Shown here one piece after another: positions 1 to 10,522 of a DNA stretch of 64,000 nt. Position 1 is the stretch's first letter. Each line of letters opens with the position of its first letter. Made by a program: the position numbers and the translations under genes. Location of the stretch: positions 110,396-174,395 of the IMG/VR virus record IMGVR_UViG_3300005529_000024, one strand, 5' to 3'. Source of the stretch: a virus. Under the pieces are notes generated by a model, which was not told the DNA's origin, searched no databases, and saw nothing but the letters and a program-made list of their open reading frames with translations.

Positions 1-930
1 AAAGAGGAATGTAAGAAAGCTTTAATTGCCTTGAAGGAATTAGAGTCTCTGGTGAAGCAGCATGAAAATAAGAAGTGTTCCGTGCATTGTCCTGAGTGTG
101 GTGTTCATGTCTATGGTCAAAACACAGGGAGTGAAAAAGAGAATTATTGGAAGGTACAAAAGGAATATAATTTATTACGGGATAAGGAGGTCGAAGAGGA
201 TAAATTATTTAATACAATTAGCTCTGAAATCAAACATACAAATTCACAAATAGATGCAATCAAGCGTAAGATCGTGTATCAGGATGAAATCATTGCTGGT
301 CATAAAAAGTACATAGCACAGAGTTCAAGTATTTTAAAAGAAGCTGAGGAGGAACTGCGGTTATCAGATAACCTTTATAACTCGATTGATCAAGAGATTA
401 GATCTTGTGAAGAGAATACAAAGTATTTCGAGTACCTAAATAAGGCATTCTTCGATATCAGGTCATTGGTATTAACTGATGCGCTTGATTGTGTGAACCA
501 ATCCTTGCAGGGTTATGTAGATGAATTATTTGGTTCTGGACTGAAGATTAAGGTACAGCCTATCAAGGAGAGCTTGACCGGCGAGATAACATCTAAGTTT
601 TCTATTCTCCTTATCGACAATGAGAACCGTACACGTGATTATGCATCTTTCAGCGAGGGAGAGCGGCGTAGAATAGATTTAGCTTTGCACATATCGCTGA
701 TAGATCTATCCAGGAAATATAGTTCTTTCCGATGCAATATCCTCCTATTAGATGAAGTTTGCGAGAACTTGGACACCCAAGGAATGCTCAGTTTGGTCAA
801 TATCTTGAAACGTAAGCTTGAGCATACAGATACTATAATGCTGATAACTCATATACCATATTTAAAATCATTGATTCAAAATTCAATCACGATTGTAAAG
901 AAAAACGATTTATCTTATCTTAAAAATTAA
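1..930 (+). CDS. SbcC/Rad50/gp46-like recombination ATPase, C-terminal part (starts before window)
   Basis: CPEC zinc hook, coiled coil, ABC signature FSEGERRRIDLAL, Walker B LLLDE, H-switch ITH; frame open from base 1. Confidence 0.9.
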   Translation, partial: KEECKKALIALKELESLVKQHENKKCSVHCPECGVHVYGQNTGSEKENYWKVQKEYNLLRDKEVEEDKLFNTISSEIKHTNSQIDAIKRKIVYQDEIIAGHKKYIAQSSSILKEAEEELRLSDNLYNSIDQEIRSCEENTKYFEYLNKAFFDIRSLVLTDALDCVNQSLQGYVDELFGSGLKIKVQPIKESLTGEITSKFSILLIDNENRTRDYASFSEGERRRIDLALHISLIDLSRKYSSFRCNILLLDEVCENLDTQGMLSLVNILKRKLEHTDTIMLITHIPYLKSLIQNSITIVKKNDLSYLKN

Positions 931-3173
931 TGGGGAAAGTAATGAAAGTACAGTCAGTTAGAAAACGTGATGGGAGAACAATCCCGTTCGATAAAAATAG
1001 GATTGTCAAGGCTATTACAAAATGTCTAGCAGCTACTAAAGAAGGCAATTCTGATGATGCGCTTAAATTAGCGAATAAGGTAGTGCGCGAGATCAATCAG
1101 AAGGAAGCGGAAGTTATAACCGTGGAAGAGATACAGGACATTGTAGAGAATACTCTGATCTTGTCTGATTTTGTTGTCACAGCTAAAGCCTATATCCTAT
1201 ACAGGCAGAAACGCGCTATCGTTCGAAAGAAGTCTAAGGATATACCTCAAAATGTCAAAGATCTTGTAAACGAAAGCAAGAAATATTTCAAGTCTCCATA
1301 TTCAGAGTTTATTTATTATCGCTCTTATTCTAGGTGGATTCCCTCTGAGAACAGAAGAGAGACATGGATTGAGACGGTTGATCGGTATGTAAATTTTATG
1401 CGTCAGAATCTTGCGGATAAACTGACTGAGCAAGAGTATACCGATATCAGAAATGCAATCTTGAACCAGGAAGTAATGCCGTCTATGCGTCTTTTCTGGA
1501 GTGCTGGTGAAGCTGCTTCGAAGACTAATACTACTGTGTTCAATTGTAGTTTTACGACAGTATCCAGTATTCGAGATTTTTGCGACATCCTCTATATTCT
1601 TATGTGCGGTTGCGGAGTAGGATTTAGCGTAGAACAGCAGCATATTCACAAACTACCTCAAATTGAGTGGCAGAAGAATGGCGAGGTACAGACTCATGTG
1701 GTTGATGATAGTAAAGAGGGATGGGCTAATGCATTTGAGGTTGGCCTAAAATGTTGGTTCTCTGGTGAGGATGTGGAATTTGATTTCTCTCAGGTAAGGC
1801 CAAATGGGACTCGTTTGAAGACCATGGGAGGTAAGGCTTCTGGTCCTGCACCATTGAAGTCTCTATTCTCTTTCACACGTAGTAAAATCCTTTCTAAACA
1901 GGGTCGTAGATTATCGTCTCTTGATGTGCATGACATTGTGTGTAAGATTGGGGAGATTGTTGTTACTGGAGGTGTACGAAGATCTGCGCTTCTATCCCTC
2001 TCTGATTTAGATGATCAGGAAATGCGTGTGGCGAAATCTGGTCAGTTTTATCTGACGGCGAGCCATAGATCATTTGCCAATAACTCTGTCGCATATAATT
2101 ATAAACCCTCGACTACAGAGTTCATGGATGAATGGATCGCACTTGCTAAAAGCGGTACTGGAGAGCGCGGTATTTTCAATCGTGGTAGTCTTCAAAAGCA
2201 AATGCCACAGCGTAGATGGAAGGGATTTAAAAAGGGTCTCTATAGTTCTGGTGTCAATCCTTGTGGTGAGATCATCCTAAAGTCAAAGGAAATGTGCAAT
2301 CTCTCTGAGGTTGTAGCCAAGCCAGATGATACTTTTGATAGCTTACTTTATAAGATTCGCTTGGCTACCATTGTCGGTACTTATCAGAGTACTTTAACAG
2401 ACTTCAAATATATCTCTCCAGAGTGGAAGAAGAACTGTGATGAAGAGCGTCTGTTGGGTGTTTCAATAACCGGACAATTCGATTGTGCTGTTCTTCGTGA
2501 TGCTGAGGTTCTGAAGAATCTTCGTGAGACTGCTATTGAGGTGAACAAAGAATATGCAAAGCGTTTTGGTATTAACGAATCTGTTGCGATTACAGCCATA
2601 AAACCATCTGGTAGCGTTAGTAGTCTTGTCGATGCGTCTTCAGGAATGCATCCACGTTACGCTAAATATTATATCCGGCGAGTTCGTATTGCTTCTACTG
2701 ACAGCTTGCTTAAGATGCTCCAGGATCAGGGATTCCCTGTCTTCCCGGATGTCGGCCAGAATCCAGAGACTTGTACTACCTATGTTCTTGAGTTTCCGAT
2801 GAAGGCACCAGAAGGATCTGTTACTCGTAACGATCTTACTGCTATCCAGCAGCTTGAATATTGGAAAATGCTGAAGGTTAACTATACAGAACATAATCCT
2901 AGCGTTACGATTCTCGTTTCTTCTAACGAGTGGATTGAGGTTGCTAATTGGGTGTATAATAATTGGGATATTATTGGTGGGGTGTCTTTCCTACCACGAG
3001 AGGAGCATAACTATATCCTTGCTCCCTATGAGGAAATTACAGAGGAGAAGTATAATGAGATGCTTCAGACTCTTCCTCAAGTAGATTTTTCCCAGATTCT
3101 GTTATATGAACAGGAAGATGAGACAGAAGGTCATAGAGAATTAGCCTGTGTCTCCGGTGTTTGTGAACTTTAA
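930..3173 (+). CDS. nrdJ: Class II (B12-dependent) ribonucleotide reductase with N-terminal ATP cone
   Basis: ATP cone (KRDGR...FDKNRI), NPCGEI, CNLSE, IKPSGSVS, C-terminal ACVSGVCEL; no beta subunit adjacent. Confidence 0.92.
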   Translation: MGKVMKVQSVRKRDGRTIPFDKNRIVKAITKCLAATKEGNSDDALKLANKVVREINQKEAEVITVEEIQDIVENTLILSDFVVTAKAYILYRQKRAIVRKKSKDIPQNVKDLVNESKKYFKSPYSEFIYYRSYSRWIPSENRRETWIETVDRYVNFMRQNLADKLTEQEYTDIRNAILNQEVMPSMRLFWSAGEAASKTNTTVFNCSFTTVSSIRDFCDILYILMCGCGVGFSVEQQHIHKLPQIEWQKNGEVQTHVVDDSKEGWANAFEVGLKCWFSGEDVEFDFSQVRPNGTRLKTMGGKASGPAPLKSLFSFTRSKILSKQGRRLSSLDVHDIVCKIGEIVVTGGVRRSALLSLSDLDDQEMRVAKSGQFYLTASHRSFANNSVAYNYKPSTTEFMDEWIALAKSGTGERGIFNRGSLQKQMPQRRWKGFKKGLYSSGVNPCGEIILKSKEMCNLSEVVAKPDDTFDSLLYKIRLATIVGTYQSTLTDFKYISPEWKKNCDEERLLGVSITGQFDCAVLRDAEVLKNLRETAIEVNKEYAKRFGINESVAITAIKPSGSVSSLVDASSGMHPRYAKYYIRRVRIASTDSLLKMLQDQGFPVFPDVGQNPETCTTYVLEFPMKAPEGSVTRNDLTAIQQLEYWKMLKVNYTEHNPSVTILVSSNEWIEVANWVYNNWDIIGGVSFLPREEHNYILAPYEEITEEKYNEMLQTLPQVDFSQILLYEQEDETEGHRELACVSGVCEL

Positions 3174-3185
3174 AACGAGGCAGAT

Positions 3186-4061
3186 ATGTACAGTGTGAAG
3201 ATTTTAGCAGACAGTATAGCACCAAACGGTCAACGTCTTACAACTTGGGAACTTACTTATCCTAGATTTGTTCATTCAGAGCTTATGACGCATAGGCTAT
3301 TTAGTCGTAATTCGGCAAGTAGTCGTGCGATTCCTACTGCTAAGCTCATCAATCGTGTAATGACTGATCCTGCATTGCCGGTTTGGTGGGGCAAGAATCA
3401 GACGGGTATGCAAGCCCTTGAGGAATTAGATCCTGATGCAAAGGAGAAGGCTATTGAGGTCTGGCTCAAGGCAAGAGATACAATGGTAGGAGTTGCTGAG
3501 GAGCTAAACAAGATCGGGCTTCATAAGCAGATTGCTAATCGTGTGATCGAACCTTGGATGTTCATTACCGTCATCGTATCAGCTACATGTTATGAAAATT
3601 TCTTCCATTTAAGATGTCATCCTGACGCTCAGCCTGAAATTGGTAAAATTGCTAAAATGATGTTCGAAACATACATCTCGCATGTACCAACACCTTTAGC
3701 TTCTGGAGAATGGCATGTGCCTCTAATTGACAACGAGGATATCGTTAGATGTTTCGTCAAGGCAAATGGTATCTCTCCTGATGGGATGTCCACAAAAGAG
3801 GAATGGGCTAATGCAACATATCTAATCAGGAAGGTTTCTGTAGGTCGTTGTGCTCGTGTATCTTATTTGACACATGATGGTATTCGTGATATCAATCAAG
3901 ATATTGAGTTGCATGATAAGCTTAAAAACAGCGGTCACTGGTCTCCATTTGAGCATGTTGCTATGGCTTTGGATCAACCAGACCGGATTGGAAACTTCAT
4001 TGGATGGCTTCAATATCGCAAGTGTTTTGAGAATGAGCATTACGGCGGGTTAATGCCATAA
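3186..4061 (+). CDS. thyX: FAD-dependent thymidylate synthase
   Basis: THRLFSRNSASSR ThyX motif, CARVSY, HWSPFEH. Confidence 0.9.
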   Translation: MYSVKILADSIAPNGQRLTTWELTYPRFVHSELMTHRLFSRNSASSRAIPTAKLINRVMTDPALPVWWGKNQTGMQALEELDPDAKEKAIEVWLKARDTMVGVAEELNKIGLHKQIANRVIEPWMFITVIVSATCYENFFHLRCHPDAQPEIGKIAKMMFETYISHVPTPLASGEWHVPLIDNEDIVRCFVKANGISPDGMSTKEEWANATYLIRKVSVGRCARVSYLTHDGIRDINQDIELHDKLKNSGHWSPFEHVAMALDQPDRIGNFIGWLQYRKCFENEHYGGLMP

Positions 4062-4070
4062 TCTATTAAG

Positions 4071-4113
4071 ATAGCCAATAATTTGTCTTAAATGACGATT
4101 ATTGGCTATTTTT
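4071..4113 (+). terminator. Intrinsic terminator after thyX
   Basis: ATAGCCAATAAT...ATTATTGGCTAT inverted repeat plus T run. Confidence 0.7.
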
Positions 4114-4129
4114 ATGCCTACATTTGATC

Positions 4130-4158
4130 TTGACAAATATACTGTTAAAAGGTATAAT
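4130..4158 (+). promoter_or_regulatory. sigma70-type promoter for tRNA
   Basis: TTGACA-N17-TATAAT, 6 nt before the tRNA 5' end. Confidence 0.85.
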
Positions 4159-4164
4159 ACTTAT

Positions 4165-4256
4165 AGGCCCTTAGTTTAACGGCAAAATCCTGGACTTATA
4201 ATCCAGAAGCTCTAGATTGGAGCGCGATACGGGTTCGAATCCCGTAGGGCCTACCA
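4165..4256 (+). tRNA. tRNA, anticodon TAT (nominal Ile), long variable arm, encoded CCA
   Basis: Acceptor AGGCCCT/AGGGCCT + A-CCA; anticodon stem CTGGA/TCCAG with loop CTTATAA; V-arm GCTCTA-GAT-TGGAGC; T arm ACGGG-TTCGAAT-CCCGT. Confidence 0.92.
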
Positions 4257-5077
4257 ATTTTAAACACAAGGATCTAAAATGACTAAAGAGGAATACGAGA
4301 AAAGCGTTAAGGAAACTATGATCCGTGACATGCTTTGTATGTATCAAAATGAGAAACTTGGTTATACTCCAGCTTGGATCTCTATGCTTGTTGATCGTCT
4401 CTATAATGAAGGGTGGAGAAAGACTAACGAACGACCATAGGAGGTGGATATGGAGTTTTCAGTCGGTGATTTCGTAAAAGTGAAAGAGATCAGCTATCTT
4501 AAGAAGGATCTCCATGGGAAGATCGGTAAAGTTGTTGGATCTCATGAAAACGATATTTATAGTGTTGAAATCGATGGTATACAGTATGGCTTGCTGGTAG
4601 ACATGATCGAGCTTGCCAATGTGAGCACAATGAAGTTAGAGGTTCTTCCTCCTATTCCAGCAGGAGAGAGTCCATTTATTCATGATGCGTATCACATGGG
4701 AGCACAGGTCGCTTCCAATGTGTATATCATGCATGAGACGCATAAAACCCAGAAAGCGAAATATATCATCGTTGTGAATACAGAGACAGGTGAGCGTTCA
4801 AGAATCTGGCTCTAAAGGAGAGGAGGTTGATATGAATGCAATCAAAGGTGATGTTCTCTTGACAAGGGAATTGATCGATGTTCTGACTCCTGAGCATGAT
4901 CGTACAAGCTGTGATGATACCGATCTTGCCAATGCATATGTGGTCTCAAATTCATACGTCCGATGTGTACGTTGCCATCTGCTGGATAATGTCGGGATGT
5001 ATGTTCGTGATCTCGGTATCCAACTTGTTGTTTCACAAGAAGCTAAACCAGACACCCCGACTCCATAAGGAGATAGA

Positions 5078-6022
5078 ATGAACATTTTGATTAAAATGAT
5101 TTTTGGTAGTTACCTTTATGGAACTGCAATTGAGGGCGTGAGCGATAAAGACTTCAAGGGCGTGTTCATGCCAGAGTTCTCTGATATCCTGCTGGCTAGG
5201 GTTAGCAAATCATATCAGACTTCTACCAAGAATGGCGACGGCAAGAATACTACCTCAGATGTCGATTCTGAGTTTTATTCCTTGCATTATTTTATCGAAC
5301 TGGCTTGTCAAGGGCAGACTGTTGCCTTGGATATGCTTCACGCTCCAGAGTCCATGTGTTTAATATCGAGCCATATCTGGAGGGATATCGTTGCCCAAAG
5401 ACATCTGTTTTATACTCGTAATCTGGACTCTTTTATCGGATATGCGCGTAGGCAAGCATCTAAGTATGGCATTAAGGGTAGCCGTCTTTCCGCTGCCAGT
5501 AGCGTTATCGATTTCCTTAAGAGGTGCTCTCCCTTTGAAACATTGGGCTACTATTGGGAGGAGCTTCCTCTTAGTGAGCATATCTTTAAGCATCCAGGGC
5601 AGGCTACCAATAACAATCTGAGGGAGTATGAAGTCTGCGGTAGAAAGTTCCAGGAAACCGCTTCTATTTCCTATGTCTTGCCGATCATCGAAAAGTTTTA
5701 TGCCAATTATGGGGATAGGGCAAGACAAGCAGCGGAAAATAAAAATATTGACTGGAAAGCGATTAGCCATGCATACAGAGCAGCATTGCAGGTTAAGCAA
5801 ATTCTGACTGAAAAGACGATTACTTTCCCCTTGCCACAGGCCGCTTATCTGAGGGATATCAAGACCGGAAAGCTGGATTATTCTACTGTGGTTGCCCCTG
5901 AGCTTGAAAAATTAATGGCTGAGGTAGAGGCGTTATCATTGAAAAGTGATTTGCCGGAAAGAGTTGATCGGGCTTATTGGGATTATTTTATCAAGGAAGC
6001 TATCAGGCGTTATTACTGGTAG
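5078..6022 (+). CDS. Pol-beta superfamily nucleotidyltransferase (phage type)
   Basis: GSYLYGT...SDKDFKGVF (GS...DxD) motif. Confidence 0.8.
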   Translation: MNILIKMIFGSYLYGTAIEGVSDKDFKGVFMPEFSDILLARVSKSYQTSTKNGDGKNTTSDVDSEFYSLHYFIELACQGQTVALDMLHAPESMCLISSHIWRDIVAQRHLFYTRNLDSFIGYARRQASKYGIKGSRLSAASSVIDFLKRCSPFETLGYYWEELPLSEHIFKHPGQATNNNLREYEVCGRKFQETASISYVLPIIEKFYANYGDRARQAAENKNIDWKAISHAYRAALQVKQILTEKTITFPLPQAAYLRDIKTGKLDYSTVVAPELEKLMAEVEALSLKSDLPERVDRAYWDYFIKEAIRRYYW

Positions 6023-6031
6023 AATCAATCC

Positions 6032-6060
6032 TTGACATGAGTATTAAATAATGGTATACT
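6032..6060 (+). promoter_or_regulatory. sigma70-type promoter
   Basis: TTGACA-N17-TATACT with extended -10 TG. Confidence 0.8.
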
Positions 6061-6081
6061 CATATGTAGGGAGGATCTCAA

Positions 6082-6597
6082 ATGGCTAAATATGAAGACA
6101 TACGGCAAATCTCCAATGCGAATTATGTTGTTAATATACCTTGGGATTATTTAGAAGAATGGCTTGATACCAATGAGCATAGATCTTATGGTATCGAGGT
6201 TGAGCCTGATTTTCAGAGAGCGCATGTCTGGGATGATGCCAAGCGTATCAAATATGTTGAGTTTTGTCTTCGTGGTGGAAGATCCAGCCTGAATATCTAT
6301 TGGAATTGTCCAGGTTGGATGATCGACTTTAAAGGCCCTTTGCAATTGGTTGATGGGCTGCAAAGGTTGACCGCTGTGAGGAAATTTTTGAGCAATGAAA
6401 TTCCTGCATTCGGACATTTTCATGATGAGTATACAGATAAGCTGAGTATGACTCGTTGTTATTTCCTTTTTTATATAAACGATCTTGCTTCACGAAAAGA
6501 TATCCTTCAGTGGTACTTAGATCTTAATGATGGTGGTGTTGTCCACACCACGGAGGAGCTTGAAAGGGTTAAGAAGCTATTGAGTGAAGCAAAGTAA
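6082..6597 (+). CDS. DUF262/ParB-like (GmrSD N-terminal) domain protein
   Basis: PDFQRAHVW and VDGLQRLTA motifs. Confidence 0.8.
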   Translation: MAKYEDIRQISNANYVVNIPWDYLEEWLDTNEHRSYGIEVEPDFQRAHVWDDAKRIKYVEFCLRGGRSSLNIYWNCPGWMIDFKGPLQLVDGLQRLTAVRKFLSNEIPAFGHFHDEYTDKLSMTRCYFLFYINDLASRKDILQWYLDLNDGGVVHTTEELERVKKLLSEAK

Positions 6598-6611
6598 CAA
6601 AAGGAGGCTTT

Positions 6612-7205
6612 ATGAAGAAGCTTTTACTTCTTTTTGTTTTATTTATTGCTCTTGGTCAGTCTCTTATGTTTTTAAAGCAGCAATGGATGGACAGGATTAT
6701 CGCTGAGTGTGAAGTTCGGGAAGCAGCATTGCGTTCTGAATATAACTCTCGAATTGAGAATTTGACTCGTGTTCACAAACTGTCTAATAAGATCAAGACT
6801 GTTAATGCTGAATTGAGCGATGAGTATGCCTTGTATCTCGCTTCCATTATCAATAATCGGGCTAAAGATCCAGAGCTTATTGTCGCTTTGACGACAGTTG
6901 AGAGCCGGTTCGTTTCTGATCTTGTTGGGCGACATCAGGATACGGGGTATATGCAGATTCTTCCCTCAACAGCCAAAGCATTGGGCTATGAGGATGCTGA
7001 TTTGCGTGATCCAGAAGATAATTTCTCAATCGGTATCCCGTACCTTGAATCGTTAATTGCTAAATATGGTCTGGAAGAAGGTGTTTCACGTTACCGCTGC
7101 GGTCAGAAGAAAGATTGTGTTAAAACCAAGCTTTCTAAGACTTATGTACAGCGTGTTATGAGTCTTTATTCTAAGCTGCAAGAAAACAAAAACAGTAAAA
7201 TGTAA
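6612..7205 (+). CDS. Lytic transglycosylase (SLT domain) with N-terminal membrane anchor
   Basis: VESRF catalytic Glu, GYMQILPSTA, DPEDN; hydrophobic N-terminus. Confidence 0.8.
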   Translation: MKKLLLLFVLFIALGQSLMFLKQQWMDRIIAECEVREAALRSEYNSRIENLTRVHKLSNKIKTVNAELSDEYALYLASIINNRAKDPELIVALTTVESRFVSDLVGRHQDTGYMQILPSTAKALGYEDADLRDPEDNFSIGIPYLESLIAKYGLEEGVSRYRCGQKKDCVKTKLSKTYVQRVMSLYSKLQENKNSKM

Positions 7206-8267
7206 GGAGAAAGAATGGAAAAGATTGTGTTGGAAAGTATCCGGCGTGTTGATGCTGCAATAAACACTCATTATGAGGAAGACTTTAAGCAGCGTATAAT
7301 AGCTTATGCTACTCCGAAAGGATATCATTTAATCGAGCCGTTAATTGATATATTTAATAATGACGGTGTTGACGCACTTCTGGAGGCAGTTAAACCTTTA
7401 CAGAGGGATCGATCTTTTGCTCCAGGTATTTATCGTGAACTGCTTGTGTTAGAGTCTCGCGTTCATGCTGATTATAAAAATCAATTTCTGACTGAGAAGA
7501 AGGAGCCTAAAAAGCGAAAGAAGAAACGTGCTCCAGAAGGTCAAGAGCGGGAGCCGTTATCCCAGAAGAATCCTTTCGCCTCACATACACAGGGGCACGT
7601 GTTTCACGCAATTTTTGAGAAGGGACCGTATTCTGTCGAGGAAGCTGTAAAGATAGCAGCAGAGTCTGGTCTCAAGCTTACTTTTGCTCGTGCGAAGCAA
7701 TTACCGTATGAATATCAACGTGGTGATATCGCCGGATTTACAATTGAACAGTCTTATGATGGCGACGTACTGAAATGGAAAGTTGTGCCTGCTCAATCTA
7801 CAGTGGGTGTGTCTTAAGATGGAATCAAAACGTGGTTTAGAATCCATTCCAGAGCTACAGTTTATTACGAACTGTGATAAGGATCATGAGATGCCACATG
7901 TAGCAATCTGGACTAAGGAAGGTCCATTGCACTTCTTCTGGTGTCATAAATGTAAGCAGGCAAAATTTGTTATTGAACCAGACAGAGTGAAATGGGAAAA
8001 GCATAAATCCAGACTTATCGTAAGATTCTTTGATTGGCTTTTTAATGTCTGGTGAGGAGGAAGTATGAGAGGATACAGCACGAGCGAGACAAAAAGGATG
8101 GTAAGAAAGATATTCTTTGGTCGTGCTACCAAAGAGGAAGTATATAAGTTCAAATCTTTCTGTCTCTGCATGGTCAAAAAGGAGTTTCATCCAGTTAAGA
8201 GGGATTTGTATAATCAGGTTGTCTCAGATAACCTTGAGGTCGCTTATTCCCTTCAGAAGGAACTGCG

Positions 8268-8798
8268 ATGATATTCTTTACGAGCGATACACATTTTTAT
8301 CATAAGAATGTAATCAGATACTCTAATCGTCCGTTTTCCTCAGTAGAAGAGATGAATGAGGCACTGATCGAAAAGTGGAACTCTACTGTATCTGTTAAGG
8401 ATGAAGTGTATCACCTTGGCGATGTGTCTTTCTCCAGTCTAGGTAATACTCTTTCTATCTTGGATAGATTGAATGGTAGAAAGAAACTGATCCTGGGCAA
8501 CCATGATAGAACTCTTTCAAAGAAATCTGATTTCAAGTCGAGGTTCGAGTGGATCAAAGATTATTATCTTCTTAAAGTCAATGATCCGGATGCGCCTGAT
8601 GGCGTTCAGCAAATAGTTCTTTTCCACTATGCGCTTAGGACTTGGGAAAAGATACACTATGGATCTTGGAATCTTTTTGGTCATAGCCATGGTACTCTAC
8701 CCGATAATATATACCTTAAGGCTATGGATGTTGGCGTAGATTGTAATAATTATAAACCTATAAGCTATGAGAGAGTAAAAGATATTATGCGTGTGTGA
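8268..8798 (+). CDS. Calcineurin-like metallophosphoesterase
   Basis: SDTH, LGD, GNHD, GHSH motifs. Confidence 0.88.
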   Translation: MIFFTSDTHFYHKNVIRYSNRPFSSVEEMNEALIEKWNSTVSVKDEVYHLGDVSFSSLGNTLSILDRLNGRKKLILGNHDRTLSKKSDFKSRFEWIKDYYLLKVNDPDAPDGVQQIVLFHYALRTWEKIHYGSWNLFGHSHGTLPDNIYLKAMDVGVDCNNYKPISYERVKDIMRV

Positions 8799-8944
8799 GT
8801 CTCCTGGGCTACAGGACAGTGCATTACGAAATAGAAGTAATGAGCACACTAGTCCAAAGTAAGGATAAAGACAAGAGGCGTTATTGTTGGCCTAGCTACG
8901 GCAGAGCGTAAGAGGCCCTTGAGGGTAGCGCGTCCCTCTCACAC
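8793..8944 (+). ncRNA. Candidate structured ncRNA with tRNA-like terminal architecture
   Basis: GTGTGAG/CTCACAC closing stem enclosing several hairpins (TCCTG/CAGGA, GTGCATTAC/GTAATGAGCAC, AGGC/GCCT, GAGGG/CCCTC); GC-richer intergenic stretch. Confidence 0.5.
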
Positions 8945-9212
8945 TTATATATAAGCAAAATAGGAGATTAAAGATGAAATTTATTCTTGAGGAAGATAAA
9001 GAAGATCAGATTCTTTTAAAGCTTGTGAGGTATGGTGATAGTATTGGACTTGTAGCTTCTAGAAAGGGTGATTTGGACTGGTATATCCTTTTCATCAGTA
9101 ATGATGGTACTCTATTTCTTCCTAAAGAGCTTGATGAGGGTTTAGGATTCCGGCTTGACGAAAAAGGCCGTATTAAGGTAGTTGATAAGTGGAGTGAGAC
9201 GAAAACTAATCC

Positions 9213-9240
9213 TTGACAAAATAAATAATACTGCTATAAT
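9213..9240 (+). promoter_or_regulatory. sigma70-type early promoter (conserved spacer class)
   Basis: TTGACA-AAATAAATAATACTGC-TATAAT (16-nt spacer). Confidence 0.8.
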
Positions 9241-9277
9241 TATCTATGAATAGGGTGAACAGGTTTAAACTCTAAAC

Positions 9278-9688
9278 ATGGAGGTTAAAATGCTGGTATC
9301 TTATACGATTAAACTCAATAGAGATGGTCTCAGCAAAGACGATTTTATTCTAGCTATCAAACATTTACGTAACTATATTACTGGTCTGTCTCTTGCGGTT
9401 TCTAAACAGGCTGTTGAAGAGGTTCTTCAGAATGGTCAAACTGTTATCACCAATGAAGAATCTCCGGTTCTCTTCGACAATACCGATTATGGCAAGAGGA
9501 ATCGTGATACTCTGCGTGGTTCTGCGCTTGCTGCTCTGGAACTTATGGGCTTTTCAATCGCATCCCATAATCCGAAGCTTACCGATACTATTGATTCTCT
9601 TAAGCGCACTGTCCATACAGCGATTGAAAATGGAGAATATTCATTGGCGATTTCATTAATCAACGTTCTTATCGAGAATTCCAAATGA
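9278..9688 (+). CDS. Protein with N-terminal ribosomal bL12 C-terminal-domain-like segment
   Basis: ILAIKHLRNYITGLSLAVSKQAVE resembles bL12 helix-turn-helix (I..IK.VR.ITGLGLKEAK.LVE). Confidence 0.5.
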   Translation: MEVKMLVSYTIKLNRDGLSKDDFILAIKHLRNYITGLSLAVSKQAVEEVLQNGQTVITNEESPVLFDNTDYGKRNRDTLRGSALAALELMGFSIASHNPKLTDTIDSLKRTVHTAIENGEYSLAISLINVLIENSK

Positions 9689-10066
9689 TTACAAGGGTTT
9701 CTATACCTGTAACTGGCTGTTACGATGACGAATTAGTGTTTTTTAGCTTATATTTTGAGGGTCATCGATCCCCTTGTAAAAAGGATGTCTTGGATGTCCT
9801 CAAAGATACCATTGATACTTATTCAGATCTTCCAGAAGCTGTTGTTTCTTTCGAGATGAGTAAGGAAGCTTATGAAATCACACAGTCTGTACATGACTGG
9901 CAATATGTCAACGATCATTCCATTGTTGAGACAAACACATTTGTAGAACATCCTAAATGGGGTCGTCAACCCTATTCCTGGCGTATTCTCGATATCCATA
10001 ATCTAGACAGGCTCACAATTCGTCGTCTCAACAAGGAGTTGGGCCGGGAAGATTAGAAATCCTTAT

Positions 10067-10090
10067 CCTACCTTTTGCTTTTTCGCGTCT
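10067..10090 (+). promoter_or_regulatory. Putative phage-specific promoter CCTA-N14-GCGTCT
   Basis: One of six exact-spacing copies; heads the gene run leading to sigma/terminase/portal. Confidence 0.7.
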
Positions 10091-10522
10091 TGCCTACTAA
10101 AGATCCAAATTAATAAAAACTAAGGAAAATAATATGAAATCCTGCATCTTTACTGATAATGATGCTGTTAACTCTCTGTTTTCATTAGAGAATCAGAAAT
10201 TGTGCCCATGTGATGGTATGATTATGTTCCGAAGGCGTAATTATCTGGCTACCCGTCCGGATGTACGAGCTAAGTATGGGTTTGATTTACTGGTCTGTAA
10301 CGCACATTCTAACCTTCTCAAGGAAATTGAGCCACAGCTTACTCTTGAGCAGTTTATACGACAAATTGGGCCAAATTACGAGGCTTTATGCCCATCCTGC
10401 AATATGTGGGTGGTTCTGGACCATTTTAAGTTTAATACCCATGGTACAGGTCGTAGTGGTATTTGTCGATTGAGCGACAACGATGTTTAATCCTGCCTTT
10501 ATTCCTGTTTTTATCGGTGAGT

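Noticed and set aside
1901-1915. GGGTCGTAGATTATC, resembling the Ro60-site motif
   Set aside because: Inside the nrdJ coding sequence and the flanks do not form a closing stem; probably chance
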